A stretch of 64,000 nt of DNA from NCBI GenBank assembly GCA_951406725.2, contig OX597816.1:45570001-45634000 (forward strand), in the 5' to 3' direction. The translations under genes were made by a program, and so were the position numbers. This DNA comes from Octopus vulgaris. Lineage: Eukaryota. Shown here one piece after another: positions 13,138-22,990 of the stretch (within the stretch, counting starts at the first letter, position 1; each line of letters opens with the position of its first letter). Below the pieces are notes generated by a model that was not told the DNA's origin, did no database searches, and worked only from the letters and a program-made list of their open reading frames with translations.

Positions 13138-14561
13138 ACTCTTTACTCTTTTACTTGTTTCAGTCATTTGATTATGGCCATGCTGGAGCACCGCCTTTAG
13201 TCGAGCACATCAACCCCACGACTTATTTTTTGAAAGCCTAGTACTTATTCTATCGGTCACCTTTGCCGAACTGCTAAGTGACGGGGACGTAAACAGACCA
13301 GCATCGGTTGTCAAGCAATGTTGGGGGGACAAACACAGACACACATACATAAATATATATCATAATCATCATCATCATTTAATGTCCGTTTTCCATGCTA
13401 GCATGGGTTGGACGGTTCGACCAGGGTCTGGTAAGCCATGGAGGCTGCACCAGGCTCTAGTCTGATTTGGCAGTGTTTCTACAGCTGGATGCCCTTCCTA
13501 ACGCCAACCACTCCGTGAGTGTAGTGGGTGTTTTTTTACGTGCCACCGGCACAGGGGCCAGAGCAGGCTGGCAAACGGCCACGATCGGTTGGTGCTTTTA
13601 TGTGTCACCAACACGGATGACAGTCAGGCGGCGCTAGTATCTGCCACATTCGGATGGTGCTTTTTACTTGTCACCGGCTCGGGTGTCTTAACTACAGTTT
13701 CCATTTGAATTTTTATTTTGATGTTGATGTACTTGACTCAGCAGGTCTCCTCAAGAACAGCGGGTCACTATACGATCCAAGGTGAGCACAGCAGGCTGTC
13801 CTGCAAGCCATGAACTCACTTCATTTGTCGGGTCTTCGAAGTCACAGCATATCTCCAGAGGTCTCGGTCTTTCGTCATAGCCTCTGTGAGGCTCAAAGTA
13901 CGAAGGTCATGCTTGACCACCTCGTCCCATGTCTTCCTGGGTCTACCTCTACCCTGGATTCCTTCAACAGTTTGGGAGTGGCACTTCTTCACACATCTCT
14001 CCTGCATGCTGCATCCAATGCTTCTTATGTCCAACATTTCTCTCAGGGCGCTTACACTCTGTCGTACATGGACACTGACATTACACATCCAGCGGATCAT
14101 GCTAGCTTCATTTCTTTCAAGCCTACGCATGTCCTCCGCAGTCACAGCCCATGTTTCACTGCCATGAAGCATGGCAGTTCGCACACATACATCGTACAAT
14201 CTACCTTTCACTCTGAGTGAGAGACCCTTTGTCACCAGTAGGGGGAGAAGCTTCCTAAACTTTGCCCAGGCTATTCTTATTGTAGTGGTAATGCTCTCTG
14301 AGCATCCACCCCTGCTACTAACTTGGTCACCTAGGTAGCAGAAACTATCAACTACTTCTAGTTTCTCCCCAAGGAGTGTAATGGGATCTGTTTTCTGAGT
14401 ATCAATGGTGTCTATTGCCTCTGTGCATCTGCTGCACACAATAGCTATCTTCTCGGTTAATTTTCCTTTGATATTGCTGCACTTCTTATGTGTCCATAGC
14501 TTACACTGGCTACATCTTATGGAGTTTCTACCTACACCTTTTCTACAGATCGAGCAGGGCC

Positions 14562-14642
<81 letters not shown>

Positions 14643-14812
14643 CATACACACACGATGGGCTTCTTTCAGTTTCTGCCTACCAAATCCACTCACAAGGCTT
14701 TGGTTGACCCAAGGCTATAGTAGAAGACACTTGCCCAAGCTGTCACACAGTGGAACTGAACTCAGAACTATGTAGTTCGTAAGCAAGCTACTTACCACAC
14801 AGCCACTCCTAT
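13138..14812 (-). mobile_element. SINE family C split by the RTE insertion
   Basis: Tail half at 13138-13350 and head half at 14645-14812, in the same orientation, with the RTE inside the central microsatellite. Confidence 0.85.
13368..14561 (-). mobile_element. 5'-truncated RTE LINE nested inside a SINE
   Basis: FCYLGD...AWAKFRKLLPLL...MLHGSETWA...GRGRPRKTW; 3' UTR with gtggcacgtaaaaagcacc repeats; (GAT)n tail. Confidence 0.92.
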
Positions 14813-14989
14813 TCAATAAATGCCCAGAATGATTTACCACCTAAAACTACAACATAAACTGTGACATAAACTGTAACTTATTGTAGCTACCTTTCTCTTT
14901 GACAATGGAACTGTTAACTTCTAAAATCCCTTGCTAGAAGTATACATCAATTCTTCCCTCTCTGAAGATGAAATAGACTGCTAATATAT

Positions 14990-15221
14990 ATTTCTTTACT
15001 ACCCACAATGGGCTAAACACAGAGGGGACAAACAAGGACAGACAAAGGGATTAAGTCGATTACATCGACCCCAGTGCGTAACTGGTACTTAATTTATCGA
15101 CCCCGAAAGGATGAAAGGCAAAGTCAACCTCGGCGGAATTTGAACTCGGAACGTAACGACAGACGAAATACGGCTACGCAGGTCGCCTGGCGTGCTAACG
15201 TTTCTGCCAGCTCACCGCCTT
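14990..15221 (-). mobile_element. SINE family B with TSD
   Basis: Reverse complement of the consensus; TSD tagactgctaatatat at 14974 and 15223. Confidence 0.9.
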
Positions 15222-15524
15222 ATAGACTGCTAATATATGTAAAACTTATTTTTGTCTGCTGAGAAATGCACCATACTCCCACGTGTGCATCTGTTCTGGA
15301 AACAGTTGTAAGAAACTATCTTTAATACACTTTATTCTATTCTAACAACTCTTTTGTAACAGCTCTACAGTTATGTTTAAATATATAAATTCCAAGCTCT
15401 AGACTATTACCAATTGTCTGCCTTTTCATTCTTTCTTTGTTTCTATTATATTTTTGTTTTTGTATGTGTGTGTTTATGTTTGTTGCTTTGCATGCACAAC
15501 AATAATGTTTGTTGACATTCTCTG

Positions 15525-16080
15525 TCAATAAAATCATCCTCTAGTCATACACTGTAGAAAACATAGTATAAAAATCCCTTACTTGAAAAACTGGTACGGC
15601 TTTGAGGAAGATTTGACTGTTGTTTCTAGCAGGTCAAAGGTAGGAAGGTTGAAACGATGTCTTTCAATAAAATCATCCTCTAGTCCTACACTGTAGCAAA
15701 CATAGTATAAAAATCCCTTAATTGAAAAACTGGTTTGGCTTTGAGGAAGATTTGACTGTTGTTTCTAGCAGGTCAAAGGTAGGAAAGTTGAAACGATGTC
15801 TTTCAATAAAATCATCCTCTAGTCCTACACTGTAGAAAACAGTATAAAAATCCCTTACTTGAAAAACTGGTATGGCTTTGAGGAAGATTTGACTGTTGTT
15901 TCTTGTAGGTTAAAGGTAGGAAGGTTAAAACGATGTCTTTCAATAAAATCATTCTCTATTCCTACACTTTAGAAAACATAGTATAAAAATCCCTTACTTG
16001 AAAAACTAGTTTGGCTTTGAGGAAGATTTGACTGTTGTTTCTAGCGGGTCAAAGGTAGTAAGGTTGAAACGATGTCTTTC
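15525..16080. repeat. 139-bp tandem repeat, 4 copies, just upstream of MUS81 exon F
   Basis: Units start tcaataaaatca at 15525, 15664, 15803 and 15940, with high identity. Confidence 0.97.
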
Positions 16081-16187
16081 TCTGTTCATGACTACATGGA
16101 CAGCTTCGAAAATTAAAAAAAAGAATTAGTGAAAGCCATGTTACATTGCAAGTGATGGTGACTGTATTTATCTATATTTGTCCACAG

Positions 16188-16291
16188 GTGTTAACAGTGC
16201 GTGAGATGTTTGCGAAACAGCTGCTTCACTTCCCCAACATGTCTGGAGCAAAAGCATTTGCTGTCACTGAGAAATGGCCAACACCTGCCAG
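16188..16291 (+). CDS. MUS81: MUS81 exon F (first HhH of the HhH2 domain)
   Basis: ccacag| ... |gtaagt. VLTVREMFAKQLLHFPNMSGAKAFAVTEKWPTPA vs recalled human [33 protein letters not shown]. Confidence 0.95.
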
Positions 16292-16651
16292 GTAAGTGGT
16301 CTTGATTAATGATCTTCTTTTATGCTACAGGTGTGGCTGAGCACAGGCATGGTTTGAGGCACAGACATGGCAGTGTGGCTGAGGAACTTGCTTCTCAACC
16401 ATATGACCTCAGGTTCAAACCCACTGCACGGCACCTTGACCAAGTATCTTCTTTTATAGCTCTGGGCTGACCAAAGTCTTGTGAATGGATTTGGTAGGTA
16501 AATGGAAACTGAACTAAGCTCAACACATATCTATCTATCTATCTATCTATGCATTTATCATTATATATAGAGATTCAGATGAATATGGTACTTAAGTTGA
16601 GGCACCAGAATTTAGTACGGACGCCCATACAATTTCAAAGTAAGGTGATTA

Positions 16652-16768
16652 AAATCAAAATAAGCAACAAGGATATCCAGAGGTAATGCGGTACGATCGT
16701 TTCATGCAACTCCATTTAAATGATCATACTGCATTACCTCTGGATATCCTTGTTGCTTATTTTGATTT
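16652..16768. repeat. 47-bp inverted repeat (hairpin), Penelope-pLTR-like
   Basis: Arms 16652-16698 and 16722-16768 with 2 mismatches. Confidence 0.92.
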
Positions 16769-16793
16769 ATATATATATCTTTATATATAAATC

Positions 16794-16920
16794 TTTCTAC
16801 AGCTGGATGCCCTTCCTAACGCCAACCACTCCATGAGTGTAGTGGGTGCGGTGGCACGTAAAAAGCACCCACTACACTCACGGAGTGGTTGGCGTTAGGA
16901 AGGGCATCCAGCTGTAGAAA
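16794..16920. repeat. 56-bp inverted repeat at the 5' end of an RTE-tail copy
   Basis: Arms 16794-16849 and 16865-16920 with 1 mismatch and a 15-nt loop. Confidence 0.95.
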
Positions 16921-17044
16921 CACTGCCAGATCAGACTGGGCCTGGTGCAGCCTTCGGGCTTCCCAGACCCCAGTTGAACCGTCCAACCCATGCTAGCATG
17001 GAAAGCAGACGTTAAACGACGATGATGATGTTGATGATATATAT

Positions 17045-17078
<34 letters not shown>

Positions 17079-17095
17079 ATACATACATACACACG

Positions 17096-17126
<31 letters not shown>

Positions 17127-17486
17127 CATCATCATTATTTAATGTCTGTTTTCCATGCTGGCATGGATTGGACAATTCAACAGGAACTGCCAAGTCAGAA
17201 GACTGCCCCAAACTCTGCTGTCTGTTTTGGCATGGTTTCTATGGCTGGCTGCACTTCCTAATGACAACGACTTTACAGAGTGTACAGGGTGCTTTTTGCA
17301 TGGCACCAGCACCAGAGTGTGTGTGTGTGCATCCTTGTCCTAACATCATGTGATGGTTGTCAATGAGCATCACTGTTATACAAGCTATGCAGTTCATTTC
17401 AGTCTTCCATGGAAAAATCTTGGAAACAGGTGGACAAACACTCCCTGTGGCAGGTGCCGCAAATGTAGTGAAGACTTTGCCTGCCT

Positions 17487-18600
17487 GGTTCTAATGTCAT
17501 AGTTTCTTGTTGACGTCTTTTCTTGTCTTTCCATTTCTCCTCTCTCCCTCTGTCACTCCTTTGTGTTCCTTCTTTTACGGTACGTCGCCAATCTCCACGG
17601 TTGCTGGCAACTGCTTCCCTGTTGCTAATATTGATGTCGTAGGCTCCTTGTATCGTAAGAACGGTCTTCCCACAGACCTAGTGCCCCCAGCAAGCTCTCC
17701 GTAGAGTATGTCCTTGGGGATTCTGTCATCATCCATACGACTAACATGTCCAAGCCATCTCATACGTCTTTGTATGAGGAGTGCAAACATGCTTGGTATT
17801 CCTGCTTGCTTGAGGACATCTTCGTTGGGGACATGATTCTGCCATTTGATGCCAAGGATTTTCCGGAGGCAGCACAGGTGACTTGGTAAGTAGAAAAGGC
17901 CTCTTCATCCTGCTCCAAAAAATCGGATGTCCACCAAAGCTGCTGAGGATCATCAAATCTTTCCATGTTGACATGCAAGGCACCATACAGCACAATTGTT
18001 CAACATCAGCCACCTTCCAAATAAAAAATGGGGTAAAGCAAAGTTGTGTCCTTGCTCCTACATTATTTGGCATCTTCTCGCTGCTGCTGTCACATGCCTT
18101 TGAGACATCAGATGATGGAGTGTTTCTGCACAGTAGAAGTGACGGGAAACTGTTCAATCTCTCGTGTCTGCATGCCAAGACCAAAATCAGAAGCGTCCTG
18201 ATCAAGAAAATGCTATTTGCTGATGCTGCTGCTCTGGTATCACACACAGAAGAAGCCCTGCAAAGGTTCATCAACTGTTTTGAGCAAGCATGTAGCAACT
18301 TTGGCTTAGTTATCAGCCTCAAGAAGACCAACATCATGGGTCAAGCTACATCGGACATCCCAAACATACATAATGGAGACCACAGACTACAGGAGGTGGA
18401 GAAGTCTTGGCTCTATCATCACCTACAACCTATCCCTTGATGCCGAGCTGCTGTGATGGCCCAACTCTCCAAACTGGCATGGGACAACAATAAGCTGACC
18501 AAGACCACAAAAATGAAGATTTACCAGGCATGTGTACTTAGCACTATACTGTATGGAAGTGAGACTTGGATGCCATATACATGCCAAGAGCATCGCCTAA
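17487..18600. mobile_element. RTE-BovB-like LINE fragment with a 5' inversion
   Basis: Plus strand 17880-18600: GVKQSCVLAPTLF, LFADAAAL, LYGSETW..QEHRLN. Minus strand 17882-17487: HLCCLRKILGIKW..RWLGHVSRMDDDRIPKDILYGEL. Confidence 0.9.
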
Positions 18601-19587
18601 ATATATATATATATCCATGTGTCTTTGTGTCTGCATTTGCCCCTACCACCACCCCCATCCATCACCCCTTGGCAACTGGTGCTGGTGTGTTTACATCCCT
18701 GTAACTTAGCAGTTCAGCAAAAGAGAATGATAAAATAAGTATTAGGCTTTAAAAAAATAAATCCGGGGGTTGATTTGTTTGACTAAAACCCTTCAAAGCA
18801 GTACTCCAGCATGGCCACTGTCAAATGACTGAAGCAGGTAAGAGAATAAAATACAGTCAACCTTGATCGACCAAAGCTTTTATAGTAAAAAGCTTTGGTT
18901 CGTTCTTTGAATCCCTAATCAATGTATTTGTATATACTTTAATATTTCACTTAGGCTTTGCAATACTAATAGCCGGGTATAAGAACCCAATGTACATATG
19001 CATCAGAACGAAGCATCAGTCGACTACAGAGTGGTAATTAGAAACTGAGACAACAAAGTAATAGACCATTATGTTATCAACTTCATTAGCTTGCAGCTGT
19101 TTCTACTATAAGGTGCAATGCACACATAGTTGAGTGCTTGAGTATCACCCTATAGCTTCATCAGAACTTCAGACACACATACACACACACATATGGCATT
19201 CTATAAAGACATGCTGTAAAAAGCTACAAAATTACAGTATGTTGCCATTAATGTAATTTTAGCCAACTCACAGGCTATTTGCAACACCAGTGATTTGTTA
19301 ATCACTGTTTTTCTATATAACTGTAGAGGGTAAATTTGTCTAAGCATGTAGTTGACAGTGGATTGAATACCTGCTACTGATGATGGTCAAGGAAGTAGAA
19401 ATCTAGACTTGGCAATTCCACTGCTGCTTCTGTCGGATACTTTTCATCTGCTACTGATTCACTCGTGTATTTTTTTAATACTATGTGTCTATATAAGATG
19501 CTGTCCCAACCTGAGATGAATACTGCAATTGTTCTGGCTCTCTACGGCATACCCATATTAAGTAAGGTTATACAGAATGGTATTTTG

Positions 19588-19820
19588 AAGGCAGCAAGCT
19601 GGTAGAAACGTTAGCACACCGGGCGAAATGCTTACCGGTATTTTGTCTGCCGCTACATTCTGAGTTCAAATTCTGCCAAGGTCGACTTTGCCTTTCATCC
19701 TTTCAGGGTCGATAAATTAAGTACCAGTTATGTACTGTGGTCGATGTAATCGACTTAATCCCTTTGTCTGTCCTTGTTTGTCCCCTCTATGTTTAGCCCT
19801 TTGTGGGCAATAAAGAAATA
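19588..19820 (+). mobile_element. SINE family B with TSD
   Basis: TSD agaatggtattttgaa at 19574 and 19821. Confidence 0.9.
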
Positions 19821-19854
19821 AGAATGGTATTTTGAATTAATACTGCTTCCATTT

Positions 19855-20330
19855 GTCTACTTCTTCCACGGGTTCCCTCCACAATTAGAAACCAGTACTT
19901 CTTTATGCAGATGTCCTCATGTGATGCATATGAACGAGGACAGCTGCATAAAAAGTGCTGATTTCTAATTGCAGAGGGAACCTGAGGAAGAGATAGACCC
20001 AGAAAGACATGGGACAAGTTTGGTGAAATTTGGTCTTCGGTTGTTGAGTATCATGGAGGTGATGACAAGTAACCAAGACTTCTGGTGATATGCTGTGCTT
20101 GAGAAGACACATCAAGTTAAATGAAATCATGGTCATGGCCAGTGCTGGTGGCACATAAAAGGCATCCAGTACACTCTGTAGAGTGGTTAGCATTAGGAAG
20201 GGCAACCCGCCATAGAAACCGAGCCGAAATAGACTGGAGCCTGGAGCAGCTTTCTGGCTTACCAGCTCCATTGAAGCCATCTAACCCATGCCAGTATGGA
20301 AAGCAGATGTTAAATAATGATGATAATGAT
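19855..20330 (+). mobile_element. Older RTE 3' fragment with a fold-back inverted duplication at its 5' end
   Basis: Homologous to 25280-26017. Arms 19855-19920 and 19934-19998 are reverse complements. Confidence 0.8.
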
Positions 20331-20348
20331 ATATATGTGTGTGTGTGT

Positions 20349-20566
20349 ACTCTTTTACTTGTTTCAGTCATTTGACTGCGGCCATGCTGGAGCACTGCCT
20401 TTAGTCGAGCACATCGACCCCAGGACTTATTCTTTGTAAGCCTAGTACTTATTCTATTGGTCTCTTTTGCCAAACCGCTAAGTTACAGGGACATAAACAC
20501 ACCAGCATTGGTTGTCAAGCGATGTTGGGGGAACAAACACAGACACACAAACATATACACTCACAT

Positions 20567-20619
<53 letters not shown>

Positions 20620-20777
20620 CGACAGGCTTCTTTCAGTTTCCACCTACCAAATCCACTCACAAGGCTTTGGTTGGTCCGAGGCTATAGTAGAAGACACTTG
20701 CCCAAGGTGCCACACAATAGGACTGAACCCGGAACCATGTAGTTTGTAAGCAAGCTACTTACCACGCAGCCACTTCT
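20349..20777 (-). mobile_element. tRNA-derived SINE family C with an internal (TA/TG)n tract, immediately upstream of the exon G acceptor
   Basis: tggctgcgtggtaag A box, gggttcagtcc B box, tail ccagcatggccgcagtcaaatgactgaaacaagtaaaagag. Other copies at 1489-1857(+), 2572-2976(-), 24137-24525(+) and 50038-50396(+). Confidence 0.88.
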
Positions 20778-20813
20778 ATGTATGTATCATTTCTTGCTTA
20801 TTTTATATTGCAG

Positions 20814-20897
20814 TTTATTTGAAGCTTATAAAGCTTGTCCAGATAAAGTCAGTCAAGAGCAGATGCTGAATAACATTAAGGCTGGAAAAACTAACAG
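20814..20897 (+). CDS. MUS81: MUS81 exon G
   Basis: ttgcag| ... |gtattt. (S)LFEAYKACPDKVSQEQMLNNIKAGKTN(R) vs recalled human LLAAYDACATPKEQETLLSTIKCGRLQR. Phase 2 at both ends. Confidence 0.93.
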
Positions 20898-21609
20898 GTA
20901 TTTGCTTTTTTTTATTTGTTTTTTTTTTGTTTTTTTTTACTAGTTTCAGTTATCATATTGTGACCTTGTTGGGGGCCCCACCATCTGGGTTTTAAGTTAT
21001 TATATCCCCACCTCTACCCACCATTCTTATGTTAGTCTACTGTTTATTTTATCGGGTAGCTAAGTTACATTTTATAATACAACACAGGATTTCTGACTGG
21101 TAGAAACCATTCATCATAACCATTAATGTCCATTTTCCATGCTGGCATGGGTTGGACAGCTTGACAGGAGCTGGCATGGCCAAGGACCACACCAGGCGCC
21201 ATAGTTTGTTTTGGCTTTGGTTTCTACAGTTGGATTCCCTTCCTAATGCCAGCCACTTTAGAGAGTGTACTGAGTGCTTTTTACGTGGTACCATCGTCAG
21301 TGCTTTTTATATGGTACCATCACCAGTGTTTTGTACATGGCCTCAGCTCCAACACTTTTTACACGGCACCTTGATGTGATAAAAAGCACTAAAAGGGGTA
21401 AACAGAGGCACAAAAACGTTTGTCAAAAATTCATATTATGTAACAATTCGACAAAATTTGTTTCAGTCAAGCATTTCTAATGTTCCAATCTCATTCTGAG
21501 ATTTAATTATGCTTACTGTTCGTTTTTCGACATCAGTGGCAGACGCCATTAGAAAAACTTATATATGTTTGCAAAGCAGCCTTCACTTTCATCGCTACCT
21601 GATGGTTAC

Positions 21610-21652
21610 CGCCCGTTGACGAGGGACAACAATCCCGAAACTAGTTCGAGCG
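21610..21652 (+). ncRNA. Minimal type I hammerhead ribozyme-like motif (Penelope/retrozyme type)
   Basis: CGCCCG-TTGACGA-GGGA caacaa TCCC-GAAA-CTAG-TT-CGAGCG. All three stems are in canonical order; C3 is replaced by U. Confidence 0.6.
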
Positions 21653-21890
21653 TATCACTCAGGCTTGCGAGGAAGGGATGGCCTCCCTTTGCAAATACTC
21701 CAAGGACACTGATATTGTGTCTAAAGCCAGCTAGAGATGAAGATCTCTTGGGGCTATAAAGCTACAGTAACACCCCCTCCCCAATGTGGTTAGCCATGAT
21801 AAGATGGCTTCTATACTTTACATTATCGAGTGATTACTGTTTCAATCTCATTCTGAGATTTAATTATGCTTGTTCAATTTTATCTTGCAG

Positions 21891-21948
21891 AAACTTTGGT
21901 CCTGTTCTGAGCAGAAAAATTCAACAATTTTACTGTCCAGATGATTGA
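21891..21948 (+). CDS. MUS81: MUS81 terminal coding exon H, including the stop codon
   Basis: tcttgcag| then (R)NFGPVLSRKIQQFYCPDD* vs recalled human RNLGPALSRTLSQLYC. TGA at 21946-21948. Confidence 0.93.
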
Positions 21949-22525
21949 TAATATTTGAATATGTTGACGATGACGATGATAACCTTTACATCTGTGAATT
22001 ATATTGTACAGGTGATTTATATACACTGTACCTGCACAACTATACCTGAACAGGTGATTGATAAAATCAGAATATATTGATGAAAATGGCAACTTCTACA
22101 TCTGTGGAATATATTCAGCAATTTGTACTGTACAAAATGATCGATATTATTTGAATGTACCAAGAAAAAATGGAATGTCAACATAATTTAATAACTGTGC
22201 TATACAAGTAATTGATAATTGAATATCATATTAAAAATAATAATTTCTACACCTCTGGATTATATCCAACAATTGTACAGTAAGTAGTGATACAGATAAT
22301 TGATTTATTTGAATATATTGATGAACCTGGAAACATTTACATTTGTGAATTATATTCAGCAATTGTACTGTACAAACAATTGATATTTCAATATAGTGGG
22401 GAAAACAGTTACATGTACAACTGTGAATTATTTTCAATGATTGTACTGAACAGGCTATTGATAGTATTTAAATATATTGATGAATATGGTAACTATTACA
22501 ATTCTGGATTGCATTCAATAATTCT
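21919..22525 (+). repeat. Degenerate ~80-bp tandem repeat (about 7 units) spanning the MUS81 stop codon and 3' UTR
   Basis: Recurring attcagcaattgtactgtacaa..ttgata.tatttgaatatattgatgaa...tacatctgtgaattat units at about 21919, 22113, 22354 and 22432. Confidence 0.8.
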
Positions 22526-22687
22526 CTCGGAATTTTAAGTGTTATAATTGGACATCATTCAAGTATGGAATAGAAATTGAAACTTATACAGTTGTTTTAT
22601 CAGATTGTTGCCTGCGAAAAGTACCCATCTGTACAAGAGATTACAATAGAAATTTTAATTTTATCTACGTTTTTAGCAAGAAACCAA

Positions 22688-22693
22688 AATAAA
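22688..22693 (+). promoter_or_regulatory. Candidate MUS81 polyadenylation signal
   Basis: AATAAA about 740 nt after the stop, followed by a U/GU-rich tract (ttttgttggtttttt). Confidence 0.5.
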
Positions 22694-22840
22694 TATTTTG
22701 TTGGTTTTTTTATCCCATTTTACAAAACTTTCTGAGATTCTCTTGTACTAATTAATGGTTTCAAATTTTGACACAAGGCCAGTAATTTCAGGGGAATGGG
22801 TAAGTTGAATACATCAACCCCAGCATTCAACTGCTTGATG

Positions 22841-22990
22841 CAGGGGCTGCCTGATGGACAGAAATACCGATTTTATGACACCTTCTTGCAGACTACCTCA
22901 TTGACGAATGACGGGGATCTTCTCTTTGTGGCTGGTGACTTCAATGGACATGTTGGACAACATGCAGGGGGGTGGAGGCTTCCATGGAGG
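22841..22990 (+). mobile_element. Isolated RTE endonuclease fragment inside a SINE
   Basis: QGLPDGQKYRFYDTF...LLFVAGDFNGHVG, with SINE halves on either side (22756-22833 and 22998-23112). Confidence 0.8.

Noticed and set aside
15601-15662. TTGAGGA...GAAACGATGTC in the 139-bp repeat, resembling a tandem hammerhead
   Set aside because: No stem I complementarity and an unpaired 3' side of stem II. The gaggaagatttgactgttgtttctagcaggtc part is a common dispersed repeat also seen near 7425 and 11725.
15525-16080. CRISPR-like periodicity
   Set aside because: No unique spacers and no cas genes, in a eukaryotic intron.
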